DNA of 63,398 nucleotides, filler included, from Octopus bimaculoides (taxonomy: Eukaryota), in assembly GCF_001194135.2 (NCBI RefSeq). It is 6 parts of 6 records of this genome, joined end to end, with 100 filler letters (N's around TTAATTAATTAA, not from the genome) between each part and the next. Parts side by side here need not be neighbours in the genome. Positions count along the whole stretch, not along the records: positions 39,728 to 55,183 come from NC_068990.1; positions 55,284 to 58,117 come from NC_069007.1; positions 58,218 to 62,066 come from NC_068985.1; positions 62,167 to 63,398 come from NC_068983.1; 2 more parts are not named here. The stretch is one strand, 5' to 3'. Positions 53,000-63,398 of the stretch are shown here, one piece after another (position 1 is the first letter of the stretch; every line of letters starts with the position of its first letter). The notes beneath the pieces are model-generated. The model ran no database searches and was not told the origin of the DNA. It saw only the letters and a list, made by a program, of their open reading frames with translations. The position numbers and the translations under genes were made by a program.

Positions 53000-53702
53000 G
53001 GTGTGTGTATGTGTGTATGTATATATATATATATATATNNNNNNNNNNNNNNNNNNNNNNNNNNNNNNNNNNNNNNNNNNNNNNNNNNNNNNNNNNNNNN
53101 NNNNNNNNNNNNNNNNNNNNNNNNNNNNNNNNNNNNNNNNNNNNNNNNNNNNNNNNNNNNNNNNNNNNNNNNNNNNNNNNNNNNNNNNNNNNNNNNNNNN
53201 NNNNNNNNNNNNNNNNNNNNNNNNNNNNNNNNNNNNNNNNNNNNNNNNNNNNNNNNNNNNNNNNNNNNNNNNNNNNNNNNNNNNNNNNNNNNNNNNNNNN
53301 NNNNNNNNNNNNNNNNNNNNNNNNNNNNNNNNNNNNNNNNNNNNNNNNNNNNNNNNNNNNNNNNNNNNNNNNNNNNNNNNNNNNNNNNNNNNNNNNNNNN
53401 NNNNNNNNNNNNNNNNNNNNNNNNNNNNNNNNNNNNNNNNNNNNNNNNNNNNNNNNNNNNNNNNNNNNNNNNNNNNNNNNNNNNNNNNNNNNNNNNNNNN
53501 NNNNNNNNNNNNNNNNNNNNNNNNNNNNNNNNNNNNNNNNNNNNNNNNNNNNNNNNNNNNNNNNNNNNNNNNNNNNNNNNNNNNNNNNNNNNNNNNNNNN
53601 NNNNNNNNNNNNNNNNNNNNNNNNNNNNNNNNNNNNNNNNNNNNNNNNNNNNNNNNNNNNNNNNNNNNNNNNNNNNNNNNNNNNNNNNNNNNNNNNNNNN
53701 NN

Positions 53703-53737
<35 letters not shown>

Positions 53738-53794
53738 AATGCATATCTATATATGTATGTGTATAGGTATGTATATGTGTGTGCATATGTTTGT

Positions 53795-54000
53795 GTGTTT
53801 GTGTTAACCCCCCTCCCCTCACATCGTTTGACAACCGCTGCTGGTGTGTTTACGTCCCCGTAACCTGGCGGTTCGGCAAAAGAAACCGATAGAATAAGTA
53901 GTAGGCTTACAAAGAATAAGTTTTGGGATCGGTTTTTGTTCGGCTAACGGCGGTGCACCAAGATGGCCGTAGACAAATAACTGAAACAACTAAAAGAATA
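53795..54000 (+). mobile_element. SINE family A 3' half
   Basis: ttgacaaccgctgctggtgtgtttacgtccccgtaacctggcggttcggcaaaagaaaccgatagaataag. Confidence 0.85.
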
Positions 54001-54774
54001 ACAAAACGAGGAGTGGTTAATAAGGGATATTAACCCAGGCGAAATATTTCGGAAACACTCTGCAGTCTAACAAAATAGTTTTGTGATCGATATTGTACTC
54101 CAGCCGATCGGAAATCAAAAGACGAGGTCGAAGACCATCACCAGTGAAATTTGTAAATCCATGGTTGTATTACCCATTCAAAATGGTGAAAATCTAGAGA
54201 GTTTATGTGTGTGTGTGTACAGGAATGTGAGTGCGTCTGTGATGATATGTTTGCATATATGTTTGCGCGTATAATAAGCAGAACATTTGATGAATATATT
54301 TTGATTTATGCCATGCTTTTATCTCTAGCATGTTAAACATTGTCTGTGAAGAGGTGTCAAATTTTGACCACATAGATGTACAAAGGAACCTATAATGCTA
54401 TCATGTTGACAGTCAAATAATATATTGCCGTAAGCGTTCTTTGATCAACTTTTAGTATTCATCTGTTAAATGGTACGGTCATATTAGCAGTTGCTTGTCA
54501 AATCTGCACTCACCGATTTTGCTTCCTTTGCAAGTTTGGTGAATTGATTGGATAGAATTCTAACTACTCCTTACCCTTTGTAAATCTTGTACATCTTTTA
54601 TAGTTTTTCCTTAAACGAATCTTACTTTCAGTGTTTTTATCTACAAATATATTTCTCTACATGATTCAGAAGGACCTTGCCGATAAAAGGCTAGATATTA
54701 ACTGGTGAAATGGTTCGGTTATGCAACAATCGAAAATTATATAATATTACAATATTACACATTGTTGAATAACT

Positions 54775-55090
54775 GTTTTTTTTTTTGTTTATTGCTCACA
54801 CGGGGCTAACATAGAGAGGTCAATAGAACCTGATTTCGGTCAGAGACACAAAATGAGTTTAAAACTTTACAATGAAATCGAATAATAATACAATGGTGAT
54901 ACAGTTCACAAAACAAAATAACAAACATAAAATGAGGTAGGAGAACAGGTTTTAGCTCCGACCCCACGAGCCCTGTTTCACTAGCGACACCTTTTGGTAA
55001 GCCTTTTGACATGTTCACGCAGTGTCTTTCACACACAACATTCGTGCCACACGTGCCCATCAGTTTTTGTACATTCTCTGACAGGCATCC
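54775..55090 (-). mobile_element. L1/Tx1-like LINE 3' end with AATAAA and poly(A)
   Basis: Minus strand ends ...gccccgtgtgagcAATAAAcaaaaaaaaaa; ORF tail WARVARML. A similar 3' tip lies at 62018-62066. Confidence 0.55.
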
Positions 55091-55095
55091 ACACA

Positions 55096-55183
<88 letters not shown>

Positions 55184-55283
55184 NNNNNNNNNNNNNNNNN
55201 NNNNNNNNNNNNNNNNNNNNNNNNNNNTTAATTAATTAANNNNNNNNNNNNNNNNNNNNNNNNNNNNNNNNNNNNNNNNNNNN
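55184..55283. other. Assembly join spacer N44-TTAATTAATTAA-N44 (artefact)
   Basis: Identical 100-bp structure. Confidence 0.95.
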
Positions 55284-55329
55284 CATGCCTTCATATATAC
55301 CCACATATAGTCACACATACATTTAAAGT

Positions 55330-55675
55330 CTCACGTACACACACACATTCATATATACACAAAATATAAACACACAGATACTAATACACATACCCACAAA
55401 AATACACACAAAGACACTACCACATACGTACTCACACATGCATACACACACATGCATACACACACATGCATACACAGAAATACCAATACATTCTCACAGA
55501 AATACACACGTATACACTCAAAGACAGATCAACATGCATACACTCTAATTTACATACTCACACACACACACACACACACACACATGTTTACAAATACACA
55601 GAATACTAAATTCAGGTACCCATAGAAATACACACGCATACAAGCAAAGACAGAACTACATGCATACACTCTAAA

Positions 55676-55706
<31 letters not shown>

Positions 55707-55840
55707 CAAATACACAAAATACACATAAATATTAATACATATACTCACAGAAACACACACACACACACACTCAAAGACAGAACCACATGCATACACTCAA
55801 ATGCGTGCACACACACACACACACTCATAGAATTACTTAT
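55330..55840. repeat. Cryptic tandem repeat of about 126 bp (3-4 units) within CA-rich DNA
   Basis: aaagacag...acatgcatacactc recurs at 55520, 55646 and 55773; a degenerate unit lies near 55390. Confidence 0.7.
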
Positions 55841-56669
55841 ACCCACACCCATCCACCCATATACTATGGCCCTTGTTATCGTAATACCTGTCAGTACTCT
55901 CTGCTATTAAGTATCAAAGAGATTGGTCTTAACTTTATGATCTGATGACAATGATGCATTAGTTTAGCATATATTAATAGTGACCTGGTCATAGATAGAT
56001 ACTTTGATATGTAACAACATTGACCTCGTTAGAGAAAGGCAAGACTAAAATGCTAATTGAAGACCAGTTAATGATAATTATTGGTGTCCAGTTTCAAGAT
56101 ATACATTTGTGAGACTATAACAACAAACACACATATGCATGCATGCGTGCACATATATATACANNNNNNNNNNATATATATATATATATATATATATATG
56201 TTTGTGTATGTGTGTGTATGTATATGCCTATATGTATGTATGTATATATATAGATACTTACATATATGTGTGTGTGTATATCTAGATACATACATATATA
56301 TATATTTATGTATACATACATGCATATATTTCTCTTCAGCCTGATTTGTAATGGAACCATAATCATCAGAACCCCATACAAAGTTGCCCACCGCCATAGG
56401 TGCACGTGTATATGGTTCTGCTAATTACAGCTTAATGGTAAATTTCAAAAGTCTTCGTTTTGGCGCGCTAATTCCAGGAATATGTCTGCATAGAATATTT
56501 ACTGCGTCGCATATATCCAGTATGAGAACTCGGTAAGGGTTAATATTTTATTAAAAAATATGGCAAAAAAAATCATATATTAATTAATATCGATTAATTA
56601 CCAGGAAGCTAGCACATTTAAAGAATCAAAGAGATTCAGAAACAGTATCTGCAATCTCAGGGGATTAAA

Positions 56670-57105
56670 GTACATTTTTATATATGACATTGACCACTAA
56701 CGTGGACATTCAATGTGCTAGAAATAGATCACATCTTGTGTCTAATNNNNNNNNNNNNNNNNNNNNNNNNNNNNNNNNNNNNNNNNNNNNNNNNNNNNNN
56801 NNNNNNNNNNNNNNNNNNNNNNNNNNNNNNNNNNNNNNNNNNNNNNNNNNNNNNNNNNNNNNNNNNNNNNNNNNNNNNNNNNNNNNNNNNNNNNNNNNNN
56901 NNNNNNNNNNNNNNNNNNNNNNNNNNNNNNNNNNNNNNNNNNNNNNNNNNNNNNNNNNNNNNNNNNNNNNNNNNNNNNNNNNNNNNNNNNNNNNNGCTAT
57001 ATTTCATGTTGAGAACAATTTAGGTCTTATTAGACACAAGATGTGATCTATTTCTAGCACATTAAATGTCCACGTTAGTGGTCAACGTCATATATAAAAA
57101 TGTAC
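56670..57105. mobile_element. Near-perfect inverted repeat (at least 77 bp, 75/77 identical) flanking a gap
   Basis: 56670-56746 is the reverse complement of 57029-57105. Confidence 0.9.
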
Positions 57106-57168
57106 ATGCATATATATATATATATATATATAACCCTAACCCCAACCCTGTAGATATATATATATATA

Positions 57169-58037
57169 TAGGATATGGTGAATAAACTGTCGCCAAAATT
57201 ATGCAAAAATGAAAATAACACTGACATCTCATTTTAACAGATATATTCACCAATATTACATAAAGATATCTTGAAATACTAAAGAGTAAATTTATTCAAT
57301 AAAATCGCCATTGGCTTCAACCATGGCCTCCAGACGTCTTCTGAATCTCTTGCAAATCTCCTGGACGGTCTCCTTGTTTAAGTTGGTGAATGCTGCCATA
57401 ATCCTTGCCTTCAGTTCATCTTTGGTGTTACAAGGAGTTTTGATGGTCTCTCGCTCAGCTGCACTTCACACATAATAATCAAGGGAGTTGCAGTCTGGGG
57501 AGTTAGATGGCCAAATGTTAGGGGTGATATAGTTGCAGAAATTCTCTGACAGCCATGACTAGGTTCTCCTGCTTGTGTGGCAAGGTGCAGAGACCAGTTG
57601 CCAGACATAGGGTCTTCTAGCAGCCACCTTCTTGACCCAAGGCAACTCTACCTCCTCCAGGCACTTGGAGGCCGTGTGGAAAGATGAATAGAGGCATGAC
57701 GTCACCATCACTAATGATCACTCCAAATACCACGATGTTGATTGGATGTTTGATTTTTATCACTCTCGGCACATGTCTTTGGATTACATTGTCTGTCCTC
57801 AGACTGACGCCCAAACACTCTAAAATGTTCATGTTGGAGATTCCATTATGAATGTAGAGCATACAGCATGTCGTTTCCAAATTTCTGGCGGAGTGAATTG
57901 CATCATGGTGCTGTTTTTCTCACAGACGGTGCCCAACTGGCCCTACCATACTGTGTAGTCAACAAAACCAAAATCAAACAATGTGCATGCATGAAATTAA
58001 AAATATAAATTGGCAACAATTTACCCAACACACCCTG
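57169..58037 (-). mobile_element. Internally deleted maT/DD37D-type transposon with both TIRs
   Basis: KHPINIVVFGVIISDGDVMPLFIFPHGL, YVWQLVSAPCHTS, IWPSNSPDCNSLDYYV...RLEAMVEANGDFIE. 27-bp imperfect TIRs at 57169-57195 and 58011-58037, each flanked by TA. Confidence 0.85.
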
Positions 58038-58061
58038 TATATATACATATATATGTGTCTG

Positions 58062-58117
<56 letters not shown>

Positions 58118-58217
58118 NNNNNNNNNNNNNNNNNNNNNNNNNNNNNNNNNNNNNNNNNNNNTTAATTAATTAANNNNNNNNNNNNNNNNNNNNNNNNNNN
58201 NNNNNNNNNNNNNNNNN
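58118..58217. other. Assembly join spacer N44-TTAATTAATTAA-N44 (artefact)
   Basis: Identical 100-bp structure. Confidence 0.95.
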
Positions 58218-58231
58218 ATATATATATATAT

Positions 58232-58267
<36 letters not shown>

Positions 58268-58268
58268 T

Positions 58269-58330
<62 letters not shown>

Positions 58331-58350
58331 CAAGCATATATACATATATA

Positions 58351-58660
58351 GGTGCAGGACGTCAACAAGGTCCCAATAACATGAAATACGCAAACAACGA
58401 GAAAAAATGGAAAACAGGACAAGTAAACACAGAGAAAGGACCCTTCATCAGTTGTCACCTGTCTATCTAATCCTCATTTCGAGCATTCAACGATAATACG
58501 AGTCTTCAAAGACAGTTGCTCCCATAAATTCTAAATTAAAATTTAGGATTTATGGGGGGGTCAAAGTAGGAAACAAAAACATGACAATGGAGACATACAA
58601 GGAAACCGAGCAAAATGAAACATGGAGGGTCGTTAGACCAGGACGAGTGGAAAATAGTAA
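58351..58660. repeat. Interspersed repeat of unknown class with a 17-bp internal hairpin
   Basis: Starts ggtgcaggacgtca, related to the TIR of the 38-kb MITE; hairpin at 58521-58556. Confidence 0.45.
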
Positions 58661-58862
58661 ACGGTGGGAGAAACATTTTATTTAAACCTCCGTGCAGGAA
58701 AAGAAAGATGGATGATAGTTACGTGTGAGTAACGAGAGAGAAACAGACAGACAGATAGAAAACGGTGAAGGAGGGAGAGGGAGAAAAAGAGAATGTATGT
58801 ATATGTACATATACATACATATATATATATACGTGTGTATATATATATATATNNNNNNNNNN

Positions 58863-58983
58863 CATATAACGGGCTTCCACACAGTTTCCGTCTATCAAAT
58901 TCATTCACTTGCCCAGGAACCGCGCAGTGGGACTGAACCCACGACCACGTTGCTACAGAATGAACTTCTTAACCACACAGCCA
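58863..58983 (-). mobile_element. SINE family A 5' half, internally deleted
   Basis: cgggcttccacacagtttccgtctatcaaattc...gcagtgggactgaaccc...cttcttaaccacacagcc. Confidence 0.75.
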
Positions 58984-59219
58984 GTTTAAGATAAAAGACA
59001 TGTTTTTAGAATTCTTTGTTGCACGTATTTTCGGATTGGTTGGGTAGCTGCATTTGATGTATAGTTCGAATTTATGTTGGTCGATGGATGTAAGGAAACG
59101 CTGATAAGAAAGGCAGTTACAGGGGTTCGTAATAGACAAGGCAAGGGGGAATAAAAGTAGGGAAGGATTGGTACAATCCTAGTGAGTGACATACGATAGC
59201 TATATCAAAAGTTTAAGTC

Positions 59220-59474
59220 AAGGCGGCGAGCTGGCAGAATCGCTATCACGCCGGGCAAGGTTCTTAGCGGCATTCCATCCGTCTTCACATTCTGAGTTCA
59301 AATTCCGCTAAGATCGACTTTACTTTCCATCCTTTCATCCCTTCGGGTTCAATAAACTAATTACCAGTCGATGTATTCGACTTACCACTTCACCCGAAGT
59401 CCACTTTGCCTTTCATCCTTTCGGGGTCGATAGAATAAGTACCAGTTGAACACCAGTTGATGTAAATGATCCCC

Positions 59475-59512
<38 letters not shown>

Positions 59513-59560
59513 GCACGCACACAAACTAAAATTACTAGCCTTGTGCCAAAATTTGTAACT
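59220..59560 (+). mobile_element. SINE family B with internal duplication of the central domain and a (CA)n insert
   Basis: ctttccatcctttc...cggg..caataaa..accag occurs at about 59320-59367 and again at 59403-59450; 3' gccttgtgccaaaattt. Confidence 0.8.
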
Positions 59561-59594
59561 AATATTTCAGGATGCTCCTATCATAAGCAGCTGC

Positions 59595-60000
59595 CCGAAA
59601 ATGTCGACGTGATGTCGTGGTTAGAACATTATATAATGAAACCTATTGAAAGGAAATGAGACAGACATAAAATCTAAAGTGATGTGAAGGATGTAACCAC
59701 ATGCAGTTTGAAAGAATACTGTGGGAATGTCTTTGTCAGAACTTTAATAAAATGCAAGCCTAACTTACCGGACATCATGACTTGAGACAGAAAAAAGAAC
59801 TATGAACAGTTGTTGAACTCAGTTACCCAGAAGATGTCAGCATAATCTTAAAGATTTGAGAAAAAGAAAACATGCATATGTGTTGAACTGATAAGAAATC
59901 TGCTGTTACACAATCCGGACTGCAATTTTAGATTTCTAGTAATAATTATTGGAAATCTTAGCTATCAGTGCTAACCTTAAAAAACTGGGTTTCAGACATT
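59595..60000 (+). pseudogene. RLE-type non-LTR retrotransposon C-terminus (R4/Dong-like) remnant
   Basis: SCPKMS, RDVVVRTLYNE, KEY..NV..RT.IKCKPNLPDIMT*DRKK, TVVELSYPEDVSI..KI*EKEN, ELIRNLLLHNPDCNFRFLVIIIG: the PD..D/E restriction-like endonuclease layout. Confidence 0.7.
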
Positions 60001-60341
60001 CAAAAAAAAAAAAAAGAAACTCGGTTATTCAGAAGATTACAGCTACACTTTGACAAAGGCACGGTCAAAATATGTAAAAAAAATTCATGAAGTTCAGCAT
60101 GTAATTACATCTACATATGCGCAATGCCATTCATACATGGCATGTGTGAATGTATACATGCGTATATGAAGACGAGTGTGCATGCATACATATGCATATG
60201 CATGCATAATATATATGCTTACATACATGTATGCATGTGCGCATGCGTTCCTGCCTGTGCGATTGTGTTTGTGCGTGTGTGTGTGTGTGTGTTTGTGTGT
60301 GTGTATGTGTGTGTGTGTGTGTGTGCACGCGTGTGCACGCG

Positions 60342-60380
<39 letters not shown>

Positions 60381-60519
60381 CTAAATTATTCAATTTCGTA
60401 TTTGTATTTGGTTTGCAAGGTCATCGATGTGTAACTCGTGTATTGAAACAAATGTATCATGTAGGTGATGTGTGTGTTTACGTGTGTGTGCGTGTGTGTG
60501 TGTATGTGCGTGTGTGTGT

Positions 60520-60725
60520 CCTTCCACCACTTCTTAACTAACGGTGTTGGTTTGTTTACGTTCTCGTAACTTAGAGATCCGGCAAAAAGAGAAAGATAGA
60601 ATAATCACCAGACTTCGAAAAAAAACAAAACACGAGTGCCAGGGTTGATTTGTTCAACCAAAACTCTTCAAGGCAGTGTCACAGCATGGCCGCAGTGAAA
60701 ATGCCTGAAATGTGCAAAAGATAAA
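60520..60725 (+). mobile_element. SINE family A 3' half (variant)
   Basis: gtttgtttacgttctcgtaacttagagatccggcaaaa...cagcatggccgcagt. Confidence 0.8.
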
Positions 60726-61706
60726 AGACATGCCGTATAAAGCGGACAGTCTAACAAACCAGTTGATCAGTCTTTCAATGATTTAATATAGATATAGACA
60801 TTCAACTACGACCATTGAGCAGTCTAACAAGAAAGCAGCAGGTCATTTATCCAATATAACTGGACATTCAACCCCCACCACTCCACCAAAAACCTTCTGG
60901 ACAGTGAAGTAAAAGAAAGAAAAAACAAAAAAGACGGCATCCATCTATTCAATATAGTTAGACATTTGAAGAAATCTACTGGACATCTCAGAAAAGCTTT
61001 GCCCATTCATTCCAAAATTGCTAACCAGCCAACCAAATATGTTAGCCAAAGGTCAGTCGCTTTCTTCTTCCACGTTAATAGTTTTATCAGCTAGAATTCT
61101 TAGAATTAAACTGGCTGTATTTTCTTTGAATGTTCCTTCTTGAAGATATGGGAGATATGTCTGGTGGTTTTTCTATACAAACACACGCGCGTTCTTATTG
61201 CTTTCTTTTTTTGTTCCTTGCTCATTGCTCTCTCTCCATCACTTTCTCACTCTTCTTTCTCACTCCATATATATATCGCTTCCCTCTTTCTCTCTCTCTC
61301 TCTCTCTTTCTCTCTCTCCCTCCCTCTTTCTCTCCCTCCCTCCCTCTTTTTCTCTCTCCCTCCCTCTTTCTCGCTTATATATATATATATATATAGATTG
61401 CCTATAGCCACTTTAATGTGGCTGTCCTCTAAGAGACGATGATATTGGCATTTTAACATACACACATAGATGTTTATACATACACACACACATATATACA
61501 CACACGTGAACGCACAGACACATACATATGTATATATAGTGTATATATATATGTGTGTACATATGTATATGTGTATATGCTTATGTGTATATGTGTATTT
61601 ACGTGTGTCTATATACGTATGTATATATGTGCCTGTTCATGTGTGCGTGTTCATTTGTGTATATGTGTATTTACGTGTGTCTATATACATATGTATATAT
61701 ATGTGC

Positions 61707-61736
<30 letters not shown>

Positions 61737-61737
<1 letters not shown>

Positions 61738-61910
61738 CCTCTCACCACTTCTTAACTAACGGTGTTGGCTTGTTTACGCCCTCGTAACTTAGAGATCCGG
61801 CAAAAAGTGACCGATAGAATAATTACCAGACTTCGAAAAAAAGAACACGAGCGCCAGGATTTATTTATTCAACCAAAACTCTTCAGGGCAGTGTCACAGC
61901 ATGGCCGCAG
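61737..61910 (+). mobile_element. SINE family A 3' half (same variant as 60520)
   Basis: Shares ttcttaactaacgg, agagatccgg, ccagacttcgaaaa and gcagtgtcacagc with the 60.5-kb copy. Confidence 0.8.
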
Positions 61911-61955
61911 AGATAGATAAATACATATATCAAACATAGACAAATGGACACTCGC

Positions 61956-62003
<48 letters not shown>

Positions 62004-62066
62004 GGATAGATAAATATCTTTTTATTATAGCCACACAGGGCTAAATACAGAAAATGAACAAATTAC

Positions 62067-62166
62067 NNNNNNNNNNNNNNNNNNNNNNNNNNNNNNNNNN
62101 NNNNNNNNNNTTAATTAATTAANNNNNNNNNNNNNNNNNNNNNNNNNNNNNNNNNNNNNNNNNNNN
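62067..62166. other. Assembly join spacer N44-TTAATTAATTAA-N44 (artefact)
   Basis: Identical 100-bp structure. Confidence 0.95.
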
Positions 62167-62175
62167 GTGTGTGTG

Positions 62176-63390
62176 CAAGCTCTGATCAATAAGTATCCGG
62201 ACTGGTATAAAAACAAAACATCACGTACCAATTTGACCAAAGTAGTATCCTTCGGAAGCCACAAATTTAATCCACCGTTTCTTCCGTTGATGGAAGCATT
62301 CCTATGACTCGTTTTCTGGGATAATCACAGCTGCCTCGATGTATTCACTTTGATTTCCTCGGCGTCCTGAAATCTTCTTCCTTTCAAGCGGGATTTGGTT
62401 TTTGGAAAGAAGAAAAAGTCGCAAGGGGCGAGATCTGAGCAATACGGTTGCTGTCGGACCTGCGCTGAATGGGCAGGTGTGTTGTCATGGTACAATTGGC
62501 ACTCGCCGGACACATGCAATTGTGGCCTTTTCCGACAAATGGCGTCACGCAAACGCCGCAAAATTCCACAATAGTTCTCCTTGTTTACTGTCTGACCAGT
62601 TGGAGCATACTCATGATGAACAATCCCCTCGAAGAAAACGGTCAACAGTGTCTTCACATTGCTTCAACTCATTCGTGCTTTCTTCGGTCTCGGAGAGGTT
62701 GAGGGTCTTTCATTGAGAAGGCTGAGCTTTTGTTTCAGGTTCATAGCTATAGACCTACGATCCGTCACCCGTTGTAACCATTTTCAAAAAGTGTTCATCG
62801 TTCTCGACATAATCAAGGAGATTTTATACAACTGAAACCCGATTGCCTTTTCGGTAAGCTGAAAGCAGTTTTGGCACAAACTTGGCAGACACGTGTCTCA
62901 TACCCAAATCTCCAATGACAATGGACTGAACTGAACCACAGCTAATCTGCACATCCTCTGATAACTCAGGGATGGTGATTCGACAATTTCCCCTCACAGC
63001 TGCACACACATCTGCGATATTTCTCTCAATTCTGCTGATTACGAGTCTCCCAGAGCGTTCGTCACTATCGACATTTTTTCGGCCATCTTGGAAACGTCTG
63101 CTGCACTTTCTGGAACTTTGCGTAGGCCTCTGAGCAGGTGTTGCTAAGCATTTGGCAAAATTTGATGCAGATTCTCTGCTCGACTTTCTCTGTGATGGTC
63201 AATGCGACTATCACACGCTACATACGTTCTTTCCAAGCACTGCTGTAAACAGCGGAAGTGAGTTAGAACGTTAACACTTGGTGCGCATGCACAGCAAATT
63301 TCAAGGTCAATCTGTGCCCAGCGACCTCTCTCTGCGTGCTTTAGTTTCATTACTATGGCAACAGTCCAGATATTTATTGATCATACCACG
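62176..63390 (-). mobile_element. Near full-length mariner (DD34D) with both TIRs, transposase pseudogene
   Basis: DLGMRHVSAKFVPKLL; KTLLTVFFEGIVHHEY...YHDNTPAHS...PYCSDLAPCDFFFFPK. 29-bp TIRs at 62176-62204 and 63362-63390; TA at the right end. Confidence 0.9.
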
Positions 63391-63398
63391 TATATATA

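Noticed and set aside
55330-55840. CRISPR-like repeat-spacer array
   Set aside because: The spacers are homologous CA-rich sequence, the context is eukaryotic and there are no cas genes.
58435-58460. Minus-strand CTGATGAAGG as a hammerhead
   Set aside because: No downstream GAAA or closing stems.
1-63398. Most ORF-track entries (poly-IY, HT, CV, L, N and X runs)
   Set aside because: They are translations of microsatellites and N gaps, not genes.

Overview
AT-rich eukaryotic DNA dominated by microsatellites, with many N gaps. The SINE, mariner and LINE families match my recollection of octopus (Octopus-type) repeats; this is inferred, not database-checked. There are no prokaryotic genes, rRNA, tRNA genes or CRISPR arrays. 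Most ORF-track entries are microsatellite or N-gap artefacts. Five identical 100-bp spacers (N44-TTAATTAATTAA-N44) show the window is six joined scaffold pieces. Content: three tRNA-derived-type SINE families (here A, B, C; about 25 copies, some nested or tandem); decayed Tc1, mariner and maT (DD37D) transposons; at least six MITE/foldback elements with long inverted repeats; and remnants of L1/Tx1, CR1/L2, RLE-type (R4/Dong-like) and Penelope-like (GIY-YIG) retroelements. A few short candidate exons suggest an unidentified large-intron host gene. The most interesting signal is a set of Penelope-type minimal hammerhead-ribozyme motifs (9.2, 23.3 and 32.0 kb, plus a decayed one at 25.6 kb); two of them share a non-canonical CUGUUGA core.
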